Virus record (IMG/VR): IMGVR_UViG_3300034418_006598
From: an uncultured virus (IMG/VR IMGVR_UViG_3300034418_006598)
Lineage: Duplodnaviria; Heunggongvirae; Uroviricota; Caudoviricetes
Length of the DNA: 64,000 nucleotides
Direction: 5' to 3' (one strand)
Shown here piece by piece: positions 18,846-28,024 of this stretch (the stretch's first letter is position 1; every line of letters begins with the position of its first letter). The position numbers were made by a program, and so were the translations under genes. The notes beneath the pieces are model-generated. The model was not told the DNA's origin. It was given only the letters and a program-made list of their open reading frames with translations, and did no database searches.

Positions 18846-20393
18846 ATGCCGGGAGTTAATGTCACCACTGCAGTGCGTACTGGTCCTGTGGGCACTACTA
18901 ACAATGTGGCTGGACAGGTGTTTATGGTTGGCACTGCTGAGCGTGGATCAACGACTGAGCCTACGCTCCTTCGCAGCTTCAGCGACTACACGACCTACTA
19001 TGGTAACTACCAGTCAGGGAATATGTATTCCCACGTGAAGACCTTCTTTGATGAGGGCGGTTCTCGTTGCTATGTGTTCCGTGCGATCAACTATGATGCG
19101 GACGATGCGGCGACTTCTTCGATTACGTTGAACGATTCAAGCGGTTCTGCTACTATGACGCTTACGTCAAAGAACAAGGGCGCTTGGGGCAACAACCTTT
19201 CTGTCGCTGTTGAGAACAACAGCGATGACAGCAACATTCTTTCCGGTTATTTCCGGCTTAAGATTTCGCTAGATAGCACACTTCTTCTGTCTAGTCGTGA
19301 TCTTGTGGATGTTGATGATGCTGTTTCGTTCGTCAACTCTTCAACGGTCAGTCATCTGATCGTTGCTGCTGACGACGCAACTTCATCGAATGACCCAGAT
19401 TCGCTTGCTGACACGAACCTTTCTGGAGGGTCAGATGGTACGGCAGTCACAGCGGATCACATCGTGGATGCGCTTGATGGTACATTCGATTCCGATCCGG
19501 ATGTGTCAACGTGCTTCAGCGTGAACCTTAAGAGTGGCGCTGTTGCAGCTCCGGGTTACACTGGTACTGCGGTTTGGGACGCTTTGCGTACCCACGCTGC
19601 TAACAACAACCGTATTGCCCTTTGTGCTTTCACCCTGGGTGATTCGTCAGCTACGGCTAAGACCAGCGTTTCATCGTACTACTCTGACGCAAACGCTAAG
19701 TGCATGGCTTTCTACTGGCCACACATTAAGGTTACTTCACCTAACTCTGCTGAGCTTGCGACGGGTGAGTCAACTGTTACGACTTCCACGATCAACATTT
19801 CTCCGGAAAGTTACGCTGCGGCTGCTAGAGCTAAAGCGGTTGATGCGGCGGGCGGTCCGTGGCGTGCCGGTGCCGGTGTGATTTCTTCAGCGGTAGGCAT
19901 TTCTGATCTTTATCAGGACGTTACTCCTACCACTGCTGAAACTCTCGATAAGGCCAGAATCAACGCTATCCGCAAGGTAAATAACTCAATCCGTGTGTAT
20001 GGTGCCCGGTCGGCTTCTAACGATGAGACCAACTGGCGTTACATCACTCAGCAGGACACAATGAACTACATTGTGATCGGTATTGAGGATCGTATGGAAC
20101 GGTTTGTTTTCTCCACGATTGATGCACGAGGCAACCTCTTTGCAAACATTCGTTCTTCAATCAAGAACTTCCTTCAGCCGATCGCTCTTCAGGATGGTCT
20201 GTATGCTGCGTTTGATATTGAAGGTGCACAAATTGATCCGGGTTACACGGTTTCGGTTAATGCCACCAACAACCCCAACTCGCAGCTTGCGACTGGTCTA
20301 GTTAAAGCTACTGTTGGTGTGCGTGTTTCTGGCGTGGCTGATTTGATTGACATTGTGGTCACGAAGAGCAATCTGAGTGATCCTCTAGTTTAA
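18846..20393 (+). CDS. contractile tail sheath protein
   Basis: MPGVNVTT, FMVG.AERG, FFDEGGSRCYVFR, GAWGNNL.V, INAIR..IRVYGARS, WRYI; GGAGG RBS. Confidence 0.92.
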   Translation: MPGVNVTTAVRTGPVGTTNNVAGQVFMVGTAERGSTTEPTLLRSFSDYTTYYGNYQSGNMYSHVKTFFDEGGSRCYVFRAINYDADDAATSSITLNDSSGSATMTLTSKNKGAWGNNLSVAVENNSDDSNILSGYFRLKISLDSTLLLSSRDLVDVDDAVSFVNSSTVSHLIVAADDATSSNDPDSLADTNLSGGSDGTAVTADHIVDALDGTFDSDPDVSTCFSVNLKSGAVAAPGYTGTAVWDALRTHAANNNRIALCAFTLGDSSATAKTSVSSYYSDANAKCMAFYWPHIKVTSPNSAELATGESTVTTSTINISPESYAAAARAKAVDAAGGPWRAGAGVISSAVGISDLYQDVTPTTAETLDKARINAIRKVNNSIRVYGARSASNDETNWRYITQQDTMNYIVIGIEDRMERFVFSTIDARGNLFANIRSSIKNFLQPIALQDGLYAAFDIEGAQIDPGYTVSVNATNNPNSQLATGLVKATVGVRVSGVADLIDIVVTKSNLSDPLV

Positions 20394-20406
20394 GGAGATA
20401 TGATTA

Positions 20407-20856
20407 ATGGCTAAAGCAACACAACGGCAAATTGTCGCTACGATTGAGCCTAGTGACGGCAGTACTGCTCCCAACTTTAACAACGGGCAGTATTTCACTA
20501 CCGTAAGCGGTGGTGAGATTAGCGCTGCTGTTGAAAAGGTTTATGACGGCGGTAAGATTCATCCAGAGGTCCTTTGTGCCCCATCTGAAATCGGTGACAT
20601 TACTGTTAGCCGGTTTGCTACAGATGATATCGAAGACTACTCTGACCTTCAGGCATTAAGACAGCTTGTTGGTCGTGCGTACTACGACATTAGCGTTTTC
20701 ACACTGGATTGTGACCTTCAGGTTCCGGGTTCTGAGCGTAGCTATGCGAAGTGTCTGCTGGTGGGTCTGACTGAGCCTGACGGTGACGCTTCTTCTGGCG
20801 CTCCCGCTACTCTTTCTATGACTTTCTCAGTTTCATCTGTGGGTCAGGGCACCTGA
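20407..20856 (+). CDS. tail tube protein
   Basis: Follows sheath; 149 aa; F..VSGGEI, GDITVSR, DGDASSGAPATLSMTF. Confidence 0.8.
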   Translation: MAKATQRQIVATIEPSDGSTAPNFNNGQYFTTVSGGEISAAVEKVYDGGKIHPEVLCAPSEIGDITVSRFATDDIEDYSDLQALRQLVGRAYYDISVFTLDCDLQVPGSERSYAKCLLVGLTEPDGDASSGAPATLSMTFSVSSVGQGT

Positions 20857-20895
20857 TAAATACGTTATCTAGTTCAACTTAAACTAGACACTTGA

Positions 20896-20932
20896 GAAAG
20901 AGCGTCACCTTCGGGTGGCGCTTTTTCTTTTT
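20896..20932 (+). terminator. intrinsic terminator after tail tube
   Basis: AAAGAGCGTCACC-TTCG-GGTGGCGCTTTT then T-run. Confidence 0.9.
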
Positions 20933-20940
20933 TATTTTGC

Positions 20941-20969
20941 TTGACTGAGTGTGTAGGTTTTGGTAGTGT
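20941..20969 (+). promoter_or_regulatory. sigma70-type promoter upstream of endolysin
   Basis: TTGACT-17nt-TAGTGT with TG extension. Confidence 0.5.
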
Positions 20970-21005
20970 AGGTAGGCAAGTTATTCTCTAGCAAAGGATT
21001 ATCGA

Positions 21006-21743
21006 ATGACTATTCCTGTTACAAGTAGCAGGGTGAACGTGAAGGATCTTCACCCGAAGTTTAAGGCCCGTCTGGAAGCGTTCTTCGCTGATCAGCGTAT
21101 TGCGGGCAAGGTTGCTGTTGTGTCTGGTGTCCGCACCTATCAGCAGCAGAAGTACCTGTATGATGGCTATAAGCGCCGTAGGCCCGGTTTCAATCTGGCA
21201 GCTAACCCTGACCGCATCAACCGTGCAGGCTTCCAGGGTTCATATCATATGAGCCAGCCAAAGTTTGATGGTTACGGTTATGCGGTTGACTTCCGTATTA
21301 TCAAGAAGGGCGCTATCTCTACCTCACAGGTAAACAAGATTGCTGAAGAGTACGGTATTCGTAAGACCGTGGCTTCGGAGTGGTGGCATCATCAGCCGTG
21401 CCGTGTTAGCGGTTCTAAGATGGAGTGGTTCCCTGTTAAGGGTGAAATCAAGGTTCCTAAGGAGGCTTCTGTTAAGTCTGAGCTGGCTAAGGCTTTTGAG
21501 TTTATCGTTGCTTGTTTGCAGACTGTGGTGCGTAAGGGCGACAAGGGTCCAGTTGTTGAGTTCCTTCAGAAGCTGCTTGACAAGAATGGTTACAAGTTGA
21601 CTTCTCGTCCTCGTAAGAACTCTGGCGTTGACGGTGACTTTGGTCCGAAGACTGTGCGTGCTGTGAAGCAGTTCCAGCGTGATGAGGGTCTTGCTGCTGA
21701 TGGCGTTGTTGGTCCGAAGACTTGGGCAGCGCTGGCTGACTGA
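21006..21743 (+). CDS. endolysin: M15-family Zn peptidase plus peptidoglycan-binding domain
   Basis: SGVRTYQQQKYLY, SYH..GYAVD, SEWWH; PG_binding_1 motifs DGDFGPKT..AVKQFQ..DGVVGPKTW. Confidence 0.85.
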   Translation: MTIPVTSSRVNVKDLHPKFKARLEAFFADQRIAGKVAVVSGVRTYQQQKYLYDGYKRRRPGFNLAANPDRINRAGFQGSYHMSQPKFDGYGYAVDFRIIKKGAISTSQVNKIAEEYGIRKTVASEWWHHQPCRVSGSKMEWFPVKGEIKVPKEASVKSELAKAFEFIVACLQTVVRKGDKGPVVEFLQKLLDKNGYKLTSRPRKNSGVDGDFGPKTVRAVKQFQRDEGLAADGVVGPKTWAALAD

Positions 21744-21769
21744 GTAGATTAAATAAAGAAAGGCTAATA

Positions 21770-22288
21770 ATGGCTGATGAAGTGATTGAGGTAGCTGGCG
21801 CTACTCCTGCTAAGGCGGAGCCAACGTCAGGCAAGTCAAGCAAGCGAGTGTCTGTTCTTGACATGCTTAAGGACGAGATTTCTCGTGAAGTGACTCGTCC
21901 TGAGGTTGAGATGGACGTTCCGGAGCGTAAGGGCGTGTCGGTACGTTTCTCTCCTAACATTACGAATGAGCAGTTGAAGGCGTGGCGTCGTAACTCCACG
22001 AACCGCAAGACTGACGAGCTGGATTCAATCAAGTTTTCTTGCTACGTGATTGGTAACACTGTGTCAGGAATCTATTTTGATGATGAGCTTGTTTTGGATG
22101 ATGAGGGTAACGCTATCACGTTTGCTTCTCCAGTAGTGATGGAGATGACTGGTACTGATCGTCCGTTGCCTGACGCTATCCGTGCGTTCTATGGTGTTGA
22201 TCCACATCTTGAGAATGTTGCTTTGAAGATTCTGGATTTTGCTGGGTATGGGGATGACGTTGATGCGGAGGACCCTACGCAGGGCTAG
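21770..22288 (+). CDS. tail assembly chaperone (G-like)
   Basis: Between tail tube/lysin and tape measure; acidic; ends EDPTQG. Confidence 0.7.
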   Translation: MADEVIEVAGATPAKAEPTSGKSSKRVSVLDMLKDEISREVTRPEVEMDVPERKGVSVRFSPNITNEQLKAWRRNSTNRKTDELDSIKFSCYVIGNTVSGIYFDDELVLDDEGNAITFASPVVMEMTGTDRPLPDAIRAFYGVDPHLENVALKILDFAGYGDDVDAEDPTQG

Positions 22289-22479
22289 TTGATAGACTAG
22301 CCGACGATCCACGTATTAAATCTTCGGCTAGGTTAGCTGAGGCTTTTCATTGTGATCCGATTCAGATTTTGGATTCGGATTTGGATGAGTGGTTGATTAG
22401 GATGGCTGCTGCGCAGGCGTTGTCAGCAGATCATGAAGCTAGAGAAAAAAAGAGAAGAGGTAGCACTGGTGGCTACTGA
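22264..22479 (+). CDS. tail assembly chaperone extension (T-like), likely reached by -1 frameshift
   Basis: The -1 frame is open 22264-22479 (LVDRLADDPRIKSSARLAEAFHCDPIQIL...) and overlaps the chaperone end; no RBS/start near its 5' end. Confidence 0.6.
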   Translation, partial: CGGPYAGLVDRLADDPRIKSSARLAEAFHCDPIQILDSDLDEWLIRMAAAQALSADHEAREKKRRGSTGGY

Positions 22480-22480
22480 C

Positions 22481-22528
22481 AGCCGGGAATTTCTATAGAA
22501 TAATAGAAGTTCCTGGCTTTCTCTTTTT
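22481..22528 (+). terminator. hairpin/terminator upstream of tape measure gene
   Basis: AGCCGGGAATTTCTAT/ATAGAAGTTCCTGGCT 16-bp stem then TTCTCTTTTT. Confidence 0.65.
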
Positions 22529-22542
22529 GGGGGAGGTGCTTT

Positions 22543-25500
22543 ATGCCTGTTCAAGATAGTGTAGTTATTAAGGTCGATGTTGATGTTGATGGGATGGGCG
22601 AACTTACCGTCCTAGAAGAACGCTTTGATCGCTTAGAGAAAAAAAGTAAGAAATTTTCTAAGCGGATATCTGAGTCTACTAAGAAAATTAACGAGACTAG
22701 TGACTCTCTTGATAGAACCAATAAGAATTTAGATGCTCACGATAAGCGAATGAATCGTGTTAATCATTCGCATCGCCGTTTTGCAAGGACGTTGAATAGA
22801 GTAACTGCTCCTCTTAAAAAGTTTATGATGACTTTATCTAAGCTGTCTTTCGTTGCTTTAATTGGTCAGATCGGTTTGTTCACGGTAGGTTTGTTGGCTG
22901 CTAAACTGGCCTTGATAACTGGTAGAGCTGCTGTTCAAGTTTATCAGGTAGCTTTGAAAGGTTTGTCGGTTGCGGCAGCCGGTGTAGCAACAGCAGTGTC
23001 TGTTGCTGCGGCAGCTTTACGTCAGTTTAATGAAGCGATGCTTATCCCGTCTGTTGGGGGCGGCATGACTCGTCGTGGTGCTCAAAACTCAGCTTTGCTT
23101 AGCCGTAGCCTTGGTTCTAGAACAACAGGTCTTCTTGGTGGTGAAGCCACAACCGCCCTGTTGGCAGGTCTCGCAAAAGCAGGAGTTTCACCGACAGCCT
23201 CGGGTGGTATCGCACGTCAGCTCGTTAACCTGACCGGCGGAGACGCTGCAGCCGTTCAAGCAATTGCAAAAGCAATCGGTTCTAAAGACTCTGCAGAATT
23301 ACGTTCAGCACTCAGTGGTGCTGCCGGGTTCCGGTCAGGGTCTTTACAAGAGGGTCTTTCAACAAATCAGCTACTGGCTGCACTTTCCAGCGGATCTATC
23401 GTATCTGAAAATTATCGGGGCGTAGGCGCTGGACTTGCCGGTACGTTTATCGGTACGGCTAAAACAGAATTTTCAGGCATGAAGAACATGTTTGCGGATA
23501 TGGGTCAGCCGCTTCTGAACCCGTTCCGTGACGCAATGATGGACATGGCCAGGATTATTCGTGAAAACTTCGTGGGCATGTCGCTACTTATTCAACGTTT
23601 TGGTGCGGATTCGTTCGCCCCCACGTTGGTCACTCTTGTTGAGAAAACGATTGACTTCATTCGGAGTAACATCTTTGATCATCTTGAAAACATTGAGCAG
23701 ATGGGTGAAAGCTTCGTAGGATTCTTCCGGAGTGTGCGTGATTTCTTCCGTGGTATTGGAGCGTTCTTGGTTCAGTTTGAGCCTGCTGCTGATGTGGTTA
23801 TTGAGATGTTTAGGGCCATGGGCGCTACGGGTGGCGGTCGTGGTTTGTTTAGGTCGTTTAGTGATTTGGTTGTTAAGAACGCTGAGGCTTTCCAGACGTT
23901 TGGTGCGTCTATTGGTAACGTGTTTGGCGCTATTTTTGATTTGTTGAAAGCGGGTCAGTCAGGGTTCTTTGGTAAGTTAGATTTGTTTTCAGATATTATG
24001 AATCGGGTTGCTTCTGATTTTATTCCGGCGATTGGTAAGTTTTTAGAGGCGTTGATGCCTATTTTAGAGCAGCTTCCTAATGCGGTGTCTGGTTTAGCTG
24101 CTGTTTTGAACGATATTGTTGCTCCTGTTGTTGGTCATCTTGCTAGGGTTATTGGTGCTCTTATGGGTATTGGTAAGATTGGTGGTGCTGCTGGCGGTTT
24201 GGGCCTGTTGGGGTTGTTCCTGGGCTTGAAGAACCCTATGGCTGTTGGCAAGTTGATTAAGAACCGTGTTGAGATTGCTGAGGGTGCCCGGAGTGGGGTT
24301 AACTTTTTGACTGGTACGAGAAACGGCACGATGCTTATGGGTGGGTCGATTGGTCTGATGGGAGGGTTAAACACTCTTCAGTCGGGACCAAGTGGCGGTA
24401 ACACAGCAGCCATGATTGGTGGCGGCGTTATGATGGGTTCTTCGTTTGGACTGCCGGGTATGGCTGTTGGTGCTGCGGCTGGTTTGCTGGCTGCTTCCAT
24501 AACTGGCATTTTGGGTGAGAACGCTCGGGCAGCTCGTGCTGAAGATGCTGTTTCTGGTGCGGTACTTTCTTTACGAGATATGTCTTTGGGTGGCGGGTCT
24601 TTCGCAGATTTTAGGGCTAGGCGGGAAGAGGGTCGTGCCCTTCGGCAAAGTTACAGAGATTTGATAGATACGACGGAGAGGGACATTGTTTATAATGATA
24701 TCTTGTTTGGTGAGACTAGAGGTAACGGAGGCGGCGGCTTTTTTGAAAAGCTCAATTACTTTGTGAACGATACTGTAAGCTTTGGTAATTCATTTTACGG
24801 TGAAGAGCGTTTCTTCTTTGATAGAGAGTCTCAAGCAGCGAAAGACCTGACCGCATTTTTCCAATCACAAGGCAAAGATTTATCAGTACTTAACGATCAA
24901 GAATTTTATGATGCCTTGACCGGAGTGGGTCCTCTGGGCCAAGAACTTAAACGTACGTTTGAGATGTGGGAAGAAGAAAGCCTTAACTTTGAGTCGAACC
25001 TGCAGATGCTGAAACGTACGACACAGATGACAAGTGAGGAAATTGAGTCTGTTGCGGACTCGTTGGGGATTGATTTAGCTGATGGTTTGATGAACGCTGC
25101 AGGCGCTACTGCCGTTTTTGCAGCGCAGATGCTTCCTTTGATTGACAGAAACCGTGCGTTTTTCCCTAGTTTTTCTACTTCACCGTTGGGGCAGGCGGAA
25201 GCTAGAGCCACGGCGAACGCAGCGTTTACTACGTTAGCTAATGCTGATAAGTTAACTGTTGACTTGGTTCGTGACGCATTTGAAGCGTTTGCGGCGTATG
25301 AAGTAGTCATGGGTGTGTCTCCTGACGTTGCAGGCTTTTCTTCAAACTTTGAGCTTATGGAACAAGTTATGGGTCACTTGTCTACAGATAATCAGGAGAC
25401 GCTTATGGCGATGCTGGCGTCTGGTACGCTTGAATCAGCTACCGCTATGAGTCAGGCTTACGCTATTCCGTTAGAGCGAATTATGCAGTTTGCTGGAGAT

Positions 25501-25986
25501 GACCGAATTATTGGGACACCGGGCACTGGCGAGCTTCGTGGTATTGAGACGTTTCTTGCTGAACGGTCTGCGATTCGTGGGGCACTTAATCTTAGTAGTG
25601 GTTTGACTGGTTCTGAAAGATTTGCGAGTCTTGAAGATGCAGGGGTTGCTCCGACTGGTAAGTCTAATTACGCTATCAGGAAAGCTTTGCTCGCTGAATT
25701 GGGGATGAGCGGCTACGACGCCGTGCGGTTCAGTACAGCAGACTTGTTTACCCAAGTAGAGACCGCCAACGCAGGTGCCGACACTAGTGCTATTCTTCTT
25801 AGGTCTCTAGCAGAGTCAGGTTTCTTCGATATGGATGAGACGTTGGATAATGAGAGAAATATTTCGCTTGCAGCGATCGCTGCAGATATTAATTATCTTA
25901 GAACAGAGGGAATTACTGTTACTGATGGCACGTTTACCCTTGAGCGTGGTGGAGTTGCGCTTTCGGCTATAACTGGCGCTACATAA
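22543..25986 (+). CDS. tape measure protein
   Basis: 1147 aa, A/G/L-rich helical, N-terminal VIKVDVD plus coiled coil, follows chaperones; GGAGG RBS. Confidence 0.85.
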   Translation: MPVQDSVVIKVDVDVDGMGELTVLEERFDRLEKKSKKFSKRISESTKKINETSDSLDRTNKNLDAHDKRMNRVNHSHRRFARTLNRVTAPLKKFMMTLSKLSFVALIGQIGLFTVGLLAAKLALITGRAAVQVYQVALKGLSVAAAGVATAVSVAAAALRQFNEAMLIPSVGGGMTRRGAQNSALLSRSLGSRTTGLLGGEATTALLAGLAKAGVSPTASGGIARQLVNLTGGDAAAVQAIAKAIGSKDSAELRSALSGAAGFRSGSLQEGLSTNQLLAALSSGSIVSENYRGVGAGLAGTFIGTAKTEFSGMKNMFADMGQPLLNPFRDAMMDMARIIRENFVGMSLLIQRFGADSFAPTLVTLVEKTIDFIRSNIFDHLENIEQMGESFVGFFRSVRDFFRGIGAFLVQFEPAADVVIEMFRAMGATGGGRGLFRSFSDLVVKNAEAFQTFGASIGNVFGAIFDLLKAGQSGFFGKLDLFSDIMNRVASDFIPAIGKFLEALMPILEQLPNAVSGLAAVLNDIVAPVVGHLARVIGALMGIGKIGGAAGGLGLLGLFLGLKNPMAVGKLIKNRVEIAEGARSGVNFLTGTRNGTMLMGGSIGLMGGLNTLQSGPSGGNTAAMIGGGVMMGSSFGLPGMAVGAAAGLLAASITGILGENARAARAEDAVSGAVLSLRDMSLGGGSFADFRARREEGRALRQSYRDLIDTTERDIVYNDILFGETRGNGGGGFFEKLNYFVNDTVSFGNSFYGEERFFFDRESQAAKDLTAFFQSQGKDLSVLNDQEFYDALTGVGPLGQELKRTFEMWEEESLNFESNLQMLKRTTQMTSEEIESVADSLGIDLADGLMNAAGATAVFAAQMLPLIDRNRAFFPSFSTSPLGQAEARATANAAFTTLANADKLTVDLVRDAFEAFAAYEVVMGVSPDVAGFSSNFELMEQVMGHLSTDNQETLMAMLASGTLESATAMSQAYAIPLERIMQFAGDDRIIGTPGTGELRGIETFLAERSAIRGALNLSSGLTGSERFASLEDAGVAPTGKSNYAIRKALLAELGMSGYDAVRFSTADLFTQVETANAGADTSAILLRSLAESGFFDMDETLDNERNISLAAIAADINYLRTEGITVTDGTFTLERGGVALSAITGAT

Positions 25987-25997
25987 AGAGGTGACTT

Positions 25998-26762
25998 ATG
26001 TCTATTTTGCAACAAAAAGTAGTTGACATAACAAATCAAATAGATATTTTTGACACGATGGATTACCACTCGGTGAATCCTGGCCGTGCCGTACTCAAAC
26101 CGTTTCAGCCTACTAAAACGCAAACAGACGATGAAGGTGCGACTACTACGGTAAATGTTGGTCCTTTTAATTATAGTCTTCCGGACGGCACAACGTGGGA
26201 AGACTTTCAGGTAGAGTTTCCGTATGGTCCTCAGAATATACAGTTTGATGAGTACGCTGGTGTTACGAAAAAGGTTCCGAGGCCCGGAAAAGCTCCTTTG
26301 CTTGTTTTTGAGAACCCGTCGTTGAAGACGGTTACGTTTTCGGCCCTCATTGCAGATAAAGTAACCGGTGGTTGTGATCCGTTTCCTGTTATTGAGATCT
26401 TAGATAAGATTGAGCTTATTGCCGCCAACTCGATCCCATGCAAGTTTGTGTATGGAGTTTCGGCGGTTCCATATAGTGTAACAATCACCAAGTTTTCGTT
26501 CACCACGAATCGTAGAGACCTTGATGGTAATCCTACGCAGGTTTCTGTAGATTTGCAGTTGACAGAAACGCCGCTGTATGACCAGAGGATTGTCGAGTTA
26601 GCGGCAATCACGTTTACTCCTAACGCCCCTACCCCTATTGGTTCTGCTCTTCCTCCTCCGGGAGAAGGTGGCGAAGGAATTACGATTATTGTGGACAGCC
26701 AAGCGTCGGTGATTCTTGACCGTCTTGTTCCAGATGCCGATATTATCGAACCCGACGAATAA
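25998..26762 (+). CDS. tail tube initiator / baseplate-tube junction protein
   Basis: Follows TMP; FPYGPQNI, PRPGKAPLL, V.ITKFSF..RRD.DGNPTQVSVDLQLTE. Confidence 0.65.
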   Translation: MSILQQKVVDITNQIDIFDTMDYHSVNPGRAVLKPFQPTKTQTDDEGATTTVNVGPFNYSLPDGTTWEDFQVEFPYGPQNIQFDEYAGVTKKVPRPGKAPLLVFENPSLKTVTFSALIADKVTGGCDPFPVIEILDKIELIAANSIPCKFVYGVSAVPYSVTITKFSFTTNRRDLDGNPTQVSVDLQLTETPLYDQRIVELAAITFTPNAPTPIGSALPPPGEGGEGITIIVDSQASVILDRLVPDADIIEPDE

Positions 26763-26800
26763 TACTGGATTGCTTGTTTTTAAGTAGGTAGAATACTATC

Positions 26801-28024
26801 ATGACTATTTCTGCAGCTTTCACAGACAATGAGTATCTGTATATTGGTGAAATTGGTGATGAAACCGTTCTTGTTCGGGAATCGGTATTGTCTGCTCAGT
26901 TTGATATGTCTGCTCGAATGGTTAGCGAGCTAAAGCTTCATGTTTATGATCCCGGCTTTAAAATGCTTAATAGTAATTACTTCATGATTGGTAGACGTGT
27001 TGCGTTTGTTTTGCCTGCTACTTTAGAGATCGAAGACAGGGATGGCGATGATGTTACTATTTCAGTCAAGACGGTTGATTTTGAAATTGCTGCTGTATCG
27101 GCGGAGCACGGAGCTAATGACACGGTAAGAATTACTGCTCGTACTCGCAGGCTGCAGCAAATGCGTAGAGAAAAGGGGCAAGAGTCGTTTGGGCGAATTT
27201 CTCCTACAGCCTTTGCAGCGGCAACGGCTGCTAAGTTTGGTTTAGAGTTTTTTGGCGAAGATACACCGGTTGATGGTAATATCGTTCGAGAACAAAATGA
27301 GCAGAAAGAAGAGTCAACATACGACGTTCTTACTCGTTTAGCCCGAGATGCAGAGTTCATGTTTTTTGAAGCTAATGGTGTACTGTTTTTTGCTTCTGAA
27401 GAATTCATTCTAGACCGGCAGCCTTCTATCGAAATCAATGTTCCATCTAACGAAGATGACCCGTTTTTTGCAGCAAATCTGACTGTTCGTAGATCTGCTG
27501 ACAGTACCAATTCGGCAGCGACCTGCAATGTCAATTTGTTAAAGTCTACGTCATCAATCACTGTGTTTCCGGGTTTGGGTGTGACAATTAAAGGTTTAAA
27601 TAACTTTGATAAAAAGTTTATGGTTGATCGAGTAAGTTACGATACAACAAAATCAGGGTTTGTTAGTATTTCTGGTACGTGTCCTGAAGATTCTGACGAT
27701 ATGCAGTGTGAGATTCAGACGTTTGCTGAGGGTTCTCGTGGTGAGTGTGTTAAGCGTATTCAGCAGGCAGTAGCTGCTTCGTATAATGGTCGGAAGCAGG
27801 TAACAGTCCAGCTGACTGCTCAAGAAATCGAAGGGTTAACAAGCATCGGCGTTAACTTGATCAACACATCTTATGTTAAGACAGTGAACTATCGTTTAGC
27901 GATTGACGGCGTTTTTGGACCACAGACAGCAAGAGCTGTACGAAAATATCAAGAACTAAACGGATTGCCGGTTACCGGTGTGATTGACGCTGACGACTGG
28001 GCAATGATTAAGGCGGCATTGTGA
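26801..28024 (+). CDS. baseplate hub (gp27/gpD-like) with C-terminal peptidoglycan-binding domain
   Basis: ESTYDVLTRLA..EFMFFEANGVLFFAS; C-terminal IDGVFGPQT.RAVRKYQ..NGLPVTGVID. Confidence 0.75.
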   Translation: MTISAAFTDNEYLYIGEIGDETVLVRESVLSAQFDMSARMVSELKLHVYDPGFKMLNSNYFMIGRRVAFVLPATLEIEDRDGDDVTISVKTVDFEIAAVSAEHGANDTVRITARTRRLQQMRREKGQESFGRISPTAFAAATAAKFGLEFFGEDTPVDGNIVREQNEQKEESTYDVLTRLARDAEFMFFEANGVLFFASEEFILDRQPSIEINVPSNEDDPFFAANLTVRRSADSTNSAATCNVNLLKSTSSITVFPGLGVTIKGLNNFDKKFMVDRVSYDTTKSGFVSISGTCPEDSDDMQCEIQTFAEGSRGECVKRIQQAVAASYNGRKQVTVQLTAQEIEGLTSIGVNLINTSYVKTVNYRLAIDGVFGPQTARAVRKYQELNGLPVTGVIDADDWAMIKAAL

